A DNA stretch of 64,000 bases from Amphiscolops sp. MND2022 (lineage: Eukaryota): assembly GCA_964187785.1 (NCBI GenBank), contig OZ076409.1, forward strand, positions 68,388,001-68,452,000, given 5' to 3'. Shown piece after piece: positions 47,801 to 58,727 of the stretch. Below the pieces are notes generated by a model. The model made no database searches. It was not told the origin of the DNA and saw nothing but the letters and a program-made list of their open reading frames with translations. A program made the position numbers and the translations under genes. The stretch's first letter is position 1; the number at the start of each line of letters is the position of its first letter.

Positions 47801-50800
47801 TTGCACTACAAAGTCGCAAAAGAAGTTCGAAAAAACGAAAGTTTTGATTCATCTAAGCCCACTTGAAAGGAAAGCCCCAGTTTATTGTTTCTTAGATAGC
47901 AATTATTATTTCATTTTTCGACACTTTGCGACATATCGAAAAAGGAAAAAAGTTTCGGAAAACATTTAACGCAGTTTTTAGTTTTGAGGTTGTCTGTGAA
48001 CGAAATAAGTTTCCCGAGTCTTGAGGGTGACCTGTTCATTACTTTTGATTTTGTGGAACTGATGAGTATTCTTATTGGTAGTGGAAAATACCTCATTTCA
48101 CTTTTTTCCGGCTCTGTGCGTCTTTCCGAAACATTCGTTCGGTCAAATGGTACTCCATGTCTTTTTTAGCTGATTTCGGCTTGCTTGAGAGAAGTAGTTT
48201 TGCGAGCTGAAAATTGTTTCGGCATCATATAATTTTACCGGAAAAGTTCACAAAAATGAATTTCTGTGATTCCTGTTGGGGAGATTTGGTTCCATCTGAG
48301 GAACTTTTTGAACAACTGGTTCCACTTGAGGAACTTTTTAAACATGAATCTACAGATGTCTCTTCAAAATTAAGCCAATGGACACCAAGTTTACACCACT
48401 CTAACCCACGAGTCAGCTCGAAACATTTTTTTGGAAGGTGTACTCCATATCTAGTGATTTTGCTCTGAGGTTTTCGAATATTAAATAATGGACATTCGAG
48501 ATCAAAATTTACGTTTTAGAGTAGAATTTTTGAAAGTTGTGCAAATAAACTTGTCTGATATCTTTTCGAAACACTACCGCTAGCTACACGTTTCAATCCT
48601 GACCCTATCATATTTCTGATTGAAGTGAATTTTTGGAAAGCGTCCAAAATTGGGACATCATTGTCAAAAATAAAGAAAGTTCGAAAACATTGACACCTTT
48701 GTTTTAAACTCGGTTAACTTCATCCCACTTTTTGCCCCAATTGCGTTTTGAAAACTTTATTGTTTGAACGCTCAGGTCATTGAAAGTTCTATTCTTCAAC
48801 ATTTTTCGTGTTTTGAACAAACATTGGGATTATTTAGTCAAACAACGTGCTTTTTTGTTGTTTCATGGCTTTTTGGGTGTTTTTGAGGCCAATTCTTACA
48901 AAAACGCAATTATCGCTTATCAATTACATACTGGGGATACCTGAATTAGTCGTTGTTGAGTTTTTAAAACCATTTAGTGCGGAGAAATAGCTCAAAAATT
49001 GAACAAAAAACGCCTAAAATTGTAAAAAAAACACCTGAAAGTCCTCAGTTTTTTTATATATTTGGGTCATTCTGAGGAAATGTTGTACCATAAATCAGTC
49101 AATTTTCGAAAAACATGCGCTTCGGAACCTCTTTTATCACCTCGAGTTTTTCGAAGGTTTTATTTTACGGAAATTTTCCAACCTCAAATAAAATTTCAAA
49201 ACTGAAAATGTCAGAAATCGACAAAAATTTCAACATTTTTGATTTTGCGGTCAATTTTCAGCTATTTCCCACCCGAAGTCTACAAATATTGCTTTAAAGG
49301 ACTAATGGAATATGAGTTCAGTCTTGGTTGAACGTTTTTCAACATTCTGACTCCAAAAAGACTCAAAAGGTACAGAAGTTGCACAAAAACGAAGATGTTG
49401 AGAATTTTCGACTCCTTTGGAGTCAATCTGAAGTGTTTGCTCAGCAATGTTCTCTTCCAAAATAGTAATGCATAGGTTTTTTCCTCGTTGTTGAGTTGAT
49501 TGTGTTTGAACTAAGAACAAAATCTCTCAGAAGCTGTACAGAAATTGCATCAAAAACGACTAAATCTTCAAAGTTTTCGACAATTCGTGTCAATTTGAAA
49601 CATTTTTCTTCTACAAATTGAACTTATCTCGTGTTGAAAACTCATCGAAACAACAAATTCGCCCATGCCTTAGGCGTTTTGTCATTCTAGTTCACGAAGT
49701 GTATCGATATTTTGACAAAAATTGAACAAAAATATTGAAAATTGGAAAATTTTCGAAAATTTGTCCATTTCGATGTCGATTTCGGACATTTTTCGTTTGA
49801 AAAACTGCGTTTATCTGTTTTCTAAGCATACTGGACAACACATTTGTTTCTTTGTTGACCCTTTTCAATGTTCAAATTGTTGAAGTCTGGCGAAAATTTG
49901 GAAAAAATGCATAAAATCTTCGAAACTTGGAAAATTATGAAACTTTTGTCATTTTCGGTGTCAATTTGAGACATTTTTATTCGGAACATTGCACATATCT
50001 CTTCATTAAAGACTACTGCACAACACATTCTTTCCTTGTTGACGCTTTTCAACGTTCCAATCTACAAAGTCCGTCGAAAATTTGACGAAAATATATTCAT
50101 GAAATTTCTTTTTTTTTGTCATTTTTCGGTCTTTTTCTGTCCACAGAAATCGCATTTATCTCTTCATAAACGACTACTGGACAACGAACTCTTGTCTTGT
50201 TGAACCTTCTCAACATTCTTATCCGCGACATCTATCGAAAAATTGACAAAAATTGCATTAAAACATAAAAATTAGAAATTTTGCAAATTTTCTATTTTTG
50301 GGGTCATTTTTGGGTCATTCTGGGGTCCTTGGGGTCAACTAAAAAAGTCCCGAAATCTCCAAAAACTTAAATCACACGAAGCTAAATTGATGTGAGTTGA
50401 ATTCTAAGGGTAACACCCTTAAAGTCAAAATTAAATTTGTTTCTTGGCAAATTTTGTAAAAAAAAATCCGTTTTATTTAATTATTTTCCTTCCCCATTTG
50501 AAATATGGGCGGAAAATAAAAATCCCGTTACGGTTGTGGGAAGATCTTTAAATCTACGGTAACCAATTGATGAGTAACAATATCTTCAACTTGATACTAT
50601 CGAATCTATACCGAACAATGAGAATACTACATACCTAATTAACACAAATAGACAGCAAGCAATTCAATAAGTGTTTGATATTCAACAACTCCCTGTCTGG
50701 GACTGTTCGGTTCAACGGTGACAATTTGACCTCTTCTTTCCACAGGTTGTTTTCTTAAGACTAATTAGACAAATTTTGAGACAAATTTTCACAAATTTAA

Positions 50801-53800
50801 ACTGGTGAGAAAACATTTCCGAAGATCCACTATTATTATGAGAAATTTTTGAGAAAAGATCATAGCCTTACAGAAAAAAAAATAATTGCTCCATTTTCAT
50901 GCATTTTTCATGATACCTTTTTTTTACTTCAGGTTTTCAGACAAAACTGTGGGCGTTTCGAGGTAATTTTGGCTGAGTCACTTTTAGCCGACGCCTATTC
51001 CTTCAAACGAAAAAAGCCCGACTATTAGAGTGACTAGTTTTTTTTTCGTCAGACAACAGAATGTATCCGTAGTGGACACTTTTTCTACAGAACTACTAAA
51101 CTACTGGACCGGCAAGCGGAAACGCATCTAAATTAGTGAAAAGTGTCCCCCTTTCGTGTTCTCAATTTTTAACGTAAGATACAAAACCGGACGGGACTAT
51201 AGGGTCGCCCTTTGAATTTTTTCGGCACTGTGCAACTTTTTTTCGAATTGTTTTTTGTCTCCAAAGGGCCCCCTTCAAATTTTTTGATGTCTTGCAATAA
51301 ACTTGACTTTCCAAAAGCACAAAGTGTTCCCCTTTTACAATTTTAAAAACTTTGAAGGCTGTTGAATGCTTGGTCAGTTTGATTGCAGATTTTTGTAATT
51401 GGAGGATACTCGAACATCGAGACTCACTGTTCGGTGGAGAAGTTGAACAGCAGGGGCAATATGTGGATCAACGCCAACCGTCTCAACATCCCCCGCCATG
51501 GATGCGCAGCCCACGTGATCAATCAGTACATATACGTGGTCGGAGGTTACGACGGTCTACAAGAATTGGTGAGTATTCAGGGAATTCATACATTTTAGAG
51601 CTGATACTTAGTTTTACTTCTATTGTCTTTTTGGGCTGGTCTGGGCACTCACCGGTTGATAAGAAGCCATAACTGCAGTTAATGTCAAGTGGTTGATGTA
51701 GAATTGGTAAAAGCTCATTTGTTTTTGACCACTTTAATGCTCCTAAATTCAAAATCAAACGATTAGTCAAAATATTTGTGACCAACTAACTTTGAAATGT
51801 TTAGAAATTCCCAATTCAGCTATTCAATCCTTAACAATTAGATAACACCGCATAGCAGGTCGCATATGAGATTTTATAGAGAATGGCTGTACTATGCCCT
51901 CGCTTTCATTGCCATTTTGTAACTTATGGTTGGACCAAAATTCAAGTTCGCTCGTGTCCGATTAAACAGTCCGGAGTATGAGTCGGAAAAAATTTTTGAC
52001 TACTTCTGCAATCGTGTCGTTTTTTTTTCTCCCGAAAATTCCAAATTTCTCAAAAACTGAGCATACGATTTTCATAAAATTTTGCACAGTCATTCTACAC
52101 CCAAAGGGGCCCCTGCGTGCTCAAAAGCACCAAAATCGTATGAATGGAATGTGAGAAACAGCCAAAATTAGCCCAAAAACAGACATTTTTCGACTTTTTT
52201 TCGATTTTCTCAAAAACTATCCATACGATTCGAACGAAGTTTTCTACAGTCATTCTACCCCAAATAAAAGTCCTATATGTGCAATGGCATCAAAATCGTA
52301 TGGCTGGGATGTGAGAAACATAGCCAAAATTAGCCCAAAAATGGCCAAAAAACAGTCATTTTTCGACTTTTTTTGATTTTTGCAAAAACCGTTTGACTCT
52401 TACGATTCGAACGAAAATTTCTACAGTCATTTTCTACACCATAGTATGGTCTATGTGTGCAATTTCAATAAATTCGTATAACTGGGATTGGAGCGAGTCA
52501 GAAGGAAAAAGACCTAAGCCGACTCCTTTACCGCGAATGCGGCTCTGGTTCAGTTTACAATCCAAATTGAGGTGTTTCAATTTTAATTAAATTTGATGAA
52601 ATTTTAAATACGATATTTTTCATGTCAACCCTTTTCCTAATGAAATAATGCAGTCATAAGTATGTTTAAAATGAGATAAAACGTGTCGATCTTTAGTTGG
52701 CGCTTTTCCGTAGAAAAACGCTGACTATAGTAGTGACTTTTCTTTTTAGTCGGCGTTTTTTCGTACCTTTGAGTTTTTTGCACTATGCCACTTTTTTCCG
52801 AAATTTTAAAAAAATTTTGTCAAAGGGTTATATGAGTTATTTGAAGTTTTCGGTTTGTAAAAAACGTTTAATGAGCCTAAAGGGTCTCTTTTTGGGTTTT
52901 TCAGCATCATGCGCCTTTTTTACCGAATACGTTTTTTTGAAAAAAAGTTTTCCCAAATGTTTCCAAAAGTTGTTCCTTGATTATTTTTGAGCCTTAGATA
53001 TTGCGTCGACTTGGGCCGTTCCCGGCTTGTTTTTTTTAAGACCAACGAAGTGACAGATTTTATAAGCTTTATAAGCTGACTTGAACTAACACTAAATGCC
53101 ACACTACTTCTACTGGCATTTGAGATAGAGGTTAATTAGGATTTTTTGAGGTCCCCTTTTACATTTTTCGGCGCTATGCGACTTACCGGACCAAAAAAAA
53201 ATTTTTTTAAAAATCGATTTTTTAATTTTTACCTCATGCGGGTACTGTAGAAGAGAATACTTGACACTTTGAAGTCCTTTTGCTATTTTTGAGCCTTCGA
53301 TATGGCGCCGACTTGGGCCGTTCCCGGCTCGTTTGTTCCTACCGTATCAAGAACTATTTGTTCAACTATTTTTTCCAGCGTAGGTAAAAAACGTTCCCAA
53401 AACGGATACAACTTACTGATGTTAAAACTGTGATATTTCCTATTGCAATCGTATTTATAAACATCTAAGGTACTTAATGTCCATGGTTGGAAAAACATGC
53501 AATAATTGCAAAATGGTTACGAGATCTGTAAATTTTGATGGAGTTTTCCCTCTGAGATTCTTGCAAGTACAGCGTATTACGCAACCAATAATGTCGCCTT
53601 TCAGACATCAATAGAGAAGTATTGCGATGATTCCGATAGTTGGACCTTGATTGATTGCTCTCTCAACATCAGCAGGCGAAACATGGCCATCTTTGCTGTG
53701 GACGAGCGGTAAGATAGACCATGAGGAAGGTATTCAAGAACATTACAAAGCAAAATCTACTACAATTCAATTACTAATAAAGTCTAATCTAGGAGCAAGT

Positions 53801-55568
53801 TTTTGCAAATTTACTCGCCTCACAGACCCAGTATTGCAATTTTGTATTATTGACAGAAACTAATCCATCCACAAATGACTATATGGTTTGTTTACAGAAA
53901 ATTCAAGAAAAACTATATACATGGATTCATCAATTTTACGCCTTATCTTAATACATTGCGTTCAAGTTCCTTTGAAAAGTCCTGTTCAAGAAGGTTTCTT
54001 TTCAAATTTCTGCAATAGAAATTATTTCAGTGGATACTTTTGTTAATAAATTTTAATGTTGACTACAAACATTTTGTTTGCAAATTCGGAGATCAATATA
54101 CAAAAACTTGAAAACTATGCATTTTACTACTGATTTCGTTTCTAACTTATTTTTGTTCAAATTTTGAAAGCCTTGAGAGTTGAAAAAAATCGTTTTTAAT
54201 GTTTCAGACGCTTTTTCAACAAAAGTATCCACTGAAATAAAAAGTGTAATACTAAATGCTTGAAGCTTTTAGTATTACACTTTTTCAAAATACCTTTTCG
54301 TTCAGAAGATTTTGGTCTTCTTTAATCCAGCCCAAATCATTTTTCACAATCACAGGTCCAATTCGTTTATTAGAGTACGGTAGGTGAAAATTACGGAAAG
54401 AATAGATAAAGCTATTGTAGTCTTCAGTCCCGCTAACATCACGGAATTTTCTAGTCAATTCTCCGGTACAAAAACCAGGAAAACAACACAATAAAGAAAA
54501 TTAACCATCTCGATATTTTACTCGAAATGTCTTTATTCTCAAAAAAGAAATTTCGGCGATGAAAACTGTTGTTCACTTGTTGAAACTGCTGGGAAGTTTT
54601 CACGCTGTTTGCATGCATGCAAAGCTTCCAGGGCATTTTCCAGAGCATGGAAAATTACTGGAGTGTGCTGGAAAAACATTGTAGGATTATAATGCTGGTT
54701 CCACTATTTCAATTGAAACTAAAAATATTTCCGCTTCTTCGCCGTCTTCACACTTCGTTTTCTTTAATATTCCTATGCAATCACCGTTATTCAATTGGAC
54801 GCTAACTATGACGCTACTTTGGAATCTACGTATAAAATGACTGAAGTTGATTTCATTCAAAATGGGGGCAAAATTGATGAGGTTTCAGCAGCATTTTAAA
54901 CTAGAATTAAAGCATATTAAAACTTCATGGCTCTGCATTGCCGCCAAATTTAAGATGCATCTTGTCAATTGAACCAGTGATGATGCATGGAAGTTTCTTT
55001 GAGAACCTACAAAACTGGCAGAGATCCTGAACCACGAAATTCCAGACAAACAAAAGCAATAAAAATCAAATTTTGTTGGTTTCAGTTAATGAAAACAATT
55101 TTTATAAAAGCAACGTTTTCAAAATACGCTTAATTTTGCGAGATCAAACTATTTATAGCAAAAATCACGGAAAATAATGCTGGATTATGATTGCCTAAAA
55201 TTATAGAAAAACTTGAACATTATTGGCTATCCCGGAAATAGGCTAAATTTGTTAACGTCATTCGATAATTCCCAAAAACTACTTACTCACTTTTAACTGT
55301 TTTAAACCCACGGCCTCATTACTCTAGAGTTTTGGAAATGCAAGGTATGTTTTGCTTGTGGTTAAGGTATGACGTTGGCTTATTTTTCAGGGTGCCCAAT
55401 AAAGTTCAAACTTGAAATTGCTATTTTGATTGTAGGCTCTTTGTTGTTGGAGGCATGACCAGTGATGGCACAGCCGCGCCCTCGACTGAAGAACTCATTA
55501 TGGAACCTGAAACATCCAAGATTGTGTCTTGCAAGCTGCTGAGCAGGGATGCACGAACAAAATTTTAG
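26722..55568 (+). CDS. Kelch-like (BTB-BACK-Kelch, KLHL family) gene; exons 26722-26849, 31244-31406, 34500-34733, 37978-38043, 40573-40761, 40964-41009, 41063-41104, 42044-42200, 42550-42713, 43964-44082, 51389-51568, 53605-53708, 55436-55568; first exon unresolved
   Basis: Exons join in matching phases (2,0,0,0,0,1,1,2,1,0,0,2) to give BTB (GEFVDATI..FTVHRFFMASCSP), BACK (EFLKL...DDLNVKNEQEV..IEKWISFD) and Kelch repeats (IYILGG, SVERYN..W, IFVIGG, IYVVGGYDG, SIEKY..W, LFVVGG). The two micro-exons are the least certain. Confidence 0.88.
27127..28072 (+). mobile_element. gag: Truncated Gypsy relative of element 2: 5' LTR (~27127-27330), PBS and gag pseudogene (27361-~28070)
   Basis: ...TATTACA|TGGCGCAGTCAGCA PBS; gag IPSH*..NPRMWWEQ...HSRAQFFNIRQ..ERKCEF resembles element 2 gag; internal stops; lies in a Kelch-gene intron. 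LTR start is approximate. Confidence 0.8.
28767..29046 (+). mobile_element. tRNA-derived SINE
   Basis: A box TAGTGTAGTGG and B box GGTTCGAATC in a tRNA-like head, then CORE-like GACCTTGAGCAAGTCACTT and an AATAAA-repeat tail. Confidence 0.65.
29461..29860. repeat. Element with inverted arrays of a 17-bp unit (GCGACAACTCATATCA)
   Basis: Three forward copies at 29461-29510 and about five reverse copies at 29774-29860. Confidence 0.75.
29862..30625 (-). mobile_element. Partial HINE family B copy with ~175-bp tandem units
   Basis: Reverse complement of 38216-39100; ends TATTCTCCTTTCCCATATGAAAGATGGGCGGAGAATAA. Confidence 0.7.
30835..30877 (+). mobile_element. Minimal (43-bp) HINE family A made of the two ends only
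   Basis: TTTTTAGTCGGCG joined to ACTTAGGCCGTTCCCGGCTTGTT. Confidence 0.7.
31244..31406 (+). CDS. Kelch-like gene exon, BTB C-half
   Basis: ctcag|VTGVDSKMMKIIIDEIYG...LLEASKRLQVDEITVKCINHIVN|gttagt. Confidence 0.88.
31651..33696 (+). mobile_element. 5'-truncated non-LTR retrotransposon (CR1/L2/Crack-Daphne group)
   Basis: Open frame from 31669 with no endonuclease domain; short 3' UTR ending AATAAATATAAAT; no clear TSD. Confidence 0.9.
31786..33558 (+). CDS. LINE ORF2 reverse transcriptase (frame open from 31669, N-terminally truncated)
   Basis: SGHDGI, NYRPISL, FIDLKKAFDTVDH, GVPQGSILGPLLFLIYINDL, FADD, KYLGV motifs; no internal stops. Confidence 0.93.
   Translation: MCNSKELFNCFNHFCGKETKKQREVDVEKFNDFFVSIGKKLANECSESLPNVDFDSDGPVQTFALFETDASEVYSIIKHLKNKISSGHDGISNKLLRLAASSISQFLANIFKECKKDSKFPKSMKIAKVLPLLKNGDFSLPDNYRPISLLTSLSKIFEKLIHKRITKFLAKHKLLTPKQFGIRENFSCAHAIAEITEFSRKTIDKKHYGLAAFIDLKKAFDTVDHNLLIKKLNSFGLRGQIENLLRDYLSDREQFVFSGNQKSSSRSIDCGVPQGSILGPLLFLIYINDLPETCKNSNMVLFADDTAIVTSKSCRNVTKDVELDLESMNQWFSVNKMTVNVSKCTILPFGKTITATEIDELEGLAGEIDIVDNFKYLGVSIDKRLNFHSHIASIQKRLAKFNGLVYKARYCFSRKALLRFYQAYAKPIILYGLLIYGGTRHSVLNEILLMQKRIIRTIFFRKRSDTVSDLFMKHKIKTVFELYIEELFKETLFQIYGFSTIRSLDLQNQAFLRTTRSQIAGLIRPHFSRTVTAKNSLAGRVTKCYNFLMKNGLLPSFGNNIDKIMLKKFIMNFKELYILDSETTFNLIFG
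34500..34733 (+). CDS. Kelch-like gene exon, BACK domain
   Basis: tgtag|NMQSADDCLNAW...LEFLKLRVEHLYHILQD|gttagt. Confidence 0.85.
35362..36105 (+). mobile_element. Solo-LTR-like element, family Y (TGTAAC...GTTACA)
   Basis: Homologous to the reverse complement of 61224-61936 (e.g. AAAGTCCGGACACG.CCCACAAGCCTGTAAAAACG); flanks GTT/GTT. Confidence 0.7.
36184..36747 (-). mobile_element. HINE family A copy with an internal GC-rich palindrome
   Basis: ACAAGCCGGGACCTGCCCAAGTCGGCGCC ... GAAGCGCCGAATAAAAA. Confidence 0.8.
37978..38043 (+). CDS. Kelch-like gene exon, BACK domain
   Basis: ttccag|DDLNVKNEQEVEDMIEKWISFD| followed by a probable GC donor. Confidence 0.8.
38216..40459 (+). mobile_element. 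HINE family B element with an internal degenerate ~175-bp tandem array
   Basis: 5' TTATTTTCCGCC plus nearby partial inverted repeat GGAAAATA; 3' GGCGGAAAATAT, hairpin CGCTG-CT-CAGCG, then GGCGTCTTG; unit marker GGATT.GAATGTT near 38400, 38575, 38854 and 39030. Confidence 0.7.
40573..40761 (+). CDS. Kelch-like gene exon, BACK end to Kelch 1 start
   Basis: tgtag|PAVRSHSRQLLLTTIRKS...ARNPHEVALVFAGF...|gtatgt. Confidence 0.75.
42044..42200 (+). CDS. Kelch-like gene exon, Kelch 1-2
   Basis: VYMFNPKVNGW...YHCTANVDGKIYILGG. Confidence 0.88.
42550..42713 (+). CDS. Kelch-like gene exon, Kelch 2-3
   Basis: LLCFDTRKNE...RRVHACSTVLNGYIYVICG. Confidence 0.88.
42996..43467. mobile_element. Foldback element/MITE with ~150-bp imperfect terminal inverted repeats
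   Basis: 42996-43148 is the reverse complement of 43318-43467 (CATAAAACACGCAGTTCGCGC ... GCGCGAACTGCGTGTTTTATG). Confidence 0.85.
43964..44082 (+). CDS. Kelch-like gene exon, Kelch 3
   Basis: cttcag|EDGICTNSVERYNIERGWWE..RRVDATAVTYKDQ|gttagc; this frame is absent from the ORF track. Confidence 0.88.
44428..47428 (-). pseudogene. BEL/Pao retrotransposon pol fragment (RT-RNaseH-integrase), heavily decayed, no LTRs seen
   Basis: FMQV...DRKFVRFL..RHIFGARDSP; WDKELP; LHVFCDAS; KTRVAPLK...LELQAA; WTDSTVVLHW; SDNA; GGACER; RGLWPLG, all characteristic of BEL/Pao. Confidence 0.88.
46121..46490 (+). mobile_element. Short HINE family B variant inserted in the Pao fragment
   Basis: TTTTCTTTTCCGAACCCATATTTCATAAATGGG 5' end and GGAAAATATCCCGGTGCTTAGCGGGCGTCTTGTT 3' end; Pao coding sequence resumes on both sides at a TT site. 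Confidence 0.65.
50982..51350 (+). mobile_element. Truncated HINE family A copy ending ~40 bp before a Kelch exon
   Basis: TTTTAGCCGACGCC...GCCCGACTATTAG; reverse complement of the 23450-23765 type. Confidence 0.65.
51389..51568 (+). CDS. Kelch-like gene exon, Kelch 4-5
   Basis: ttgcag|IFVIGGYS...SVEKL...W...LNIPRHGCAAHVINQYIYVVGGYDGLQEL|gtgagt. Confidence 0.93.
51975..52550 (+). repeat. ~160-170-bp tandem repeat (3 copies) with a HINE-like 3' end (possible family C)
   Basis: CAAAAAC..CATACGATT...ACAGTCATT recurs at ~52050, 52210 and 52383; ends CCGACTC, hairpin CCGC-GAAT-GCGG, CTCTGGTT. Confidence 0.6.
52692..53334 (+). mobile_element. Two nested HINE family A copies
   Basis: 5' ends at ~52692 and ~52743; 3' ends GACTTGGGCCGTTCCCGGCT at ~53028 and ~53329. 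Confidence 0.75.
53605..53708 (+). CDS. Kelch-like gene exon, Kelch 5
   Basis: tttcag|TSIEKYCDDSDSWTLIDCSLNISRRNMAIFAVDER|gtaaga. Confidence 0.88.
54022..54241. repeat. Small inverted-repeat element
   Basis: TTATTTCAGTGGATACTTTTGTT ... AACAAAAGTATCCACTGAAATAA. Confidence 0.65.
55436..55568 (+). CDS. Kelch-like gene, probable last coding exon (Kelch 6 start, stop TAG)
   Basis: tgtag|LFVVGGMTSDGTAAPSTEEL...RTKF*. Confidence 0.8.
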
Positions 55569-58500
55569 AAAATAACGAAGCGCTTGGAGCCGGCTCTTCC
55601 TGTCTAATGCTGATTGCACTCACTCTCTAACCTATACGTATATTGAGAGTTACCATTAAAAAATCATTCGAAAATTGTCCCAAGGCTGTATAAATTTGAT
55701 CTCAATCAATTCAAATTGTTGAAAAATAGACAGAAGAAATTAATTCACAGCTCAAAGTTTGCATCATAGATGCAAATTCGGCAGCAAAAATTGGGTCAAA
55801 AATTTCTGAGATATATATCAGACATATATACATTTGTGACCCAATGATGAAACAATCTACTGTAAAGAAAAACTCTATGGCGAGTTAACAATAATGAAAT
55901 GACGAAACTCCTGACATAATTGGCCTCGGATATGCGAATTCAAGGCAACGTTTTCATGTATTCCAAATAGGAACCAATGGTTAAATGATTTAATTTCTGC
56001 GTTTCAAAACTTAGCTGCCTTCTGATACAACCCTGCATTGGGTAAACAAAATTGAAACAAGCCAATCAAATCTTAGTGCATCCCATGCGTCTTATACTCT
56101 GAAGCGCTCTCCTACCCCGAGGAATCAGTGGCACCTGTGCAGTCGCAATTCAGGGAGTGGACGAAATCAAACAACTGTCGTGCTCCTTCGAAGACACCTT
56201 GAACTGCTGCGAGCCCCTGGATGAGTATCCAGGCCCCAATGTCGGACGAGATGGCGACTGGCTGGGAGCCTCCGATCGCCCTTTCAACAGTCAAGGTCGA
56301 AACCGACGAATGCCTAGTTAAGCCAGGCTCCGCTGTCAATCCTATCGTTCGGCATCTTGAACATGTTGTCAAAACCTTCCAAGATTTTGAGAAACCTTCA
56401 AATAAATACAATATAAGATCAAGATGTTACCAAGGTTTCGAAGACCAACATAGCCAAGACGTTTGGCAGATTATCGAATTATTACTCAGAACGTCGAAAA
56501 AATTTGTTCTCAAAAATGATTCATTTAGATGAATGATAGCCTCAAAAATCACATTGCTCAACATTTACTTATCCAAGAGCATTAGCGGAAAAAGACTAAC
56601 ATATTCAGGTCAAAACTCTTCAGACAAAATGCCCATTTTTCCGAAGTTTACTTTGTGCAATTTCGTCAAAGAAATTTCAAAAATGGAACAGGTGGTTATT
56701 AAACTCAGATGTTCAAGGAAATGCGAGACTGAAGAATGAATAGAACTTTTTGGTGTGCATGCAGATGAGCTTGGTTCAATTTGATGGGAACTTCGAACTT
56801 AGACAGAATTCACTGAACAATTGCTTAGTTGGATTGGAACTTCTCTCTGCAGTTAGTTAAATGGAGTAGAAGTAATATACAGTGTACAACGTTGAAACCA
56901 GGGAAGGCAGTAATTAACGGCATAAAAGCTCGAGATATTTTCTTTTACACGGCATTCAAAAGTAATCCAGAAGCCATTATATTGATTTTTTAGGATGAGT
57001 TTCGATCTCAATCTGGGTTAATAGAATCAATTGACTTAATTACTTTTCAATACCACGAACTTCTGCCATTCTTAGAGCAACCCATGATGGTGAAATATAC
57101 CATTTCACGAAAATCATGCGGCCTAAATAAATTCATAATATTTTTTTCATTCAAGGAGTAAATGATAGATTTGGTTACATGTTAACGTTTTAATGAAAAA
57201 ATTGTATCTGGTGTGGTAACTAAGCATTAATTAGAGAATGTTTTTACAAACTCATGTTTTCAAACAAAAGTTACCTAATATATTGACAGAAGAAAACCTT
57301 CGTTGAAATATGGTTTCAACACAAATTCTACACATTTGGGGCTTATTGTTGTGAATGAAATCAATCTGAAACGAAGCGATAGCACAAAATTCTAACAGTG
57401 TTTCAAGCTGTCAATCAAAGGGAAAGCAAACAGTCGAAAACATATATCCACGTTTTTAAAAACGAGCTCTCCAAAAACGTGCTCACGTGCTCAGTGGAAT
57501 TGAATTTAAGCGAGTAATGATCTGGCATCTGACCAAAATTTGAATTTGTTTTCGGGCATCCACATTTTACAATCAACATCAGTTTCACTATTTTTCAGAA
57601 ACGCAACTCTAATTTGCTTATTTTTTTCAAGACCGATGCACTGTAGGATTCTAAGACTAGTCACTGAAAAAGCCGATGTTGCGAAAGTGAAGTTTTATGC
57701 GAAAAGAATTATTCACAGAGACTGGAACTTTTCCACACATATACAGTTAGGACTGAGAGTACCTGTCGATAGGGTTGGAACTGCGTCGTACGCTTCGGCC
57801 CCGAATTATTAGCACCGGAAGTGAAATGCAGTAAGTCAACTCTCTAAAGAACGCCACGGTAATGCTCCAAATAAATTATTCATAGAAGGAATCGGTAGCT
57901 CCTTGGTTAATTAGCTAATTTTGTACATTTCAGTTGTCCTAAGGTGTGAGTTGGTACTAGGCGGTTTCTCAAAAACCATCAATATCATGTATATCTTCAC
58001 AACTCCCAAAATCATGAAACTTGTTCATAATACTCACCTACCAGTCCCAAGTAAAATAAATGATAGTTACATTCATTGATCCAATGCGCGTGAAAACTAT
58101 CAAATCGAAGGACACTTGATAGACTTCTCACGTATTAAAAAGTGAAAATTGTATTAGCAATACTTGCACTTCAATGCATATTGGTAAGGAAAACTCATGC
58201 ATTTTAGAAACGTACACTTACGCGCACTCTGAAAGTTGTGTCTTGTAATGATCTTTGGTGGTTTCAGGTGGCCCATGGTCCCAGTGGAAAACAGTCATTT
58301 GTCATTGACTCGCAATATCTCAAACGAATCACAAAAATGGAAGTAGTCACCGAGAGAGGAGCGAGCTATATCAATAGAATATCCGGGGGTGTCGCATTAT
58401 CATCTATCGTAATCGAAATCTTCGAAAACAAACTAAAAAGCCTGAATCAGCATGGAATGTGAATTTCAAAAAAATCATTGAACAATTTTCAAAAAGGGGG

Positions 58501-58727
58501 AATGACTTTTTGTAGAATTATGACTTTTTTCCGGAAGTCATGATAAGATCTATAAACTCATGTGCTAGTCCAATATAGCTGGTGAGGAACTGGAATCTAC
58601 TTGAGTAACAAAATCAGACATAATGGGCAAAGAGCAGCTGAGTGTCGCTGAGGCAAGATACCGGCTTTAGTCGCGTTTGTTGATTGCGATAAATAGAGCG
58701 TCAGACTGACTCGGAGAATGAAGAAAT

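Larger units (their letters stand above)
44222..50521 (-). mobile_element. Large HINE family B region (one composite element or two copies) with ~175-bp tandem units at ~49300-50350
   Basis: Family-B 3' end at 44222 (ACAAGACGCCCGCTGACCAGCG) and 5' end at ~50480-50521 (TATTTTCCTTCCCC...GGGCGGAAAATAAA); 48700-50500 mirrors 38216-40100. Confidence 0.6.

Noticed and set aside
47960..48470. Captured host-gene fragment inside HINE-B
   Set aside because: The minus-strand frame looks coding-like but has several stops and no recognisable motif.
56190..56230. Selenocysteine read-through at a TGA joining two plus-strand open stretches
   Set aside because: No redox motif and no recognisable SECIS; coding status itself is unsupported.
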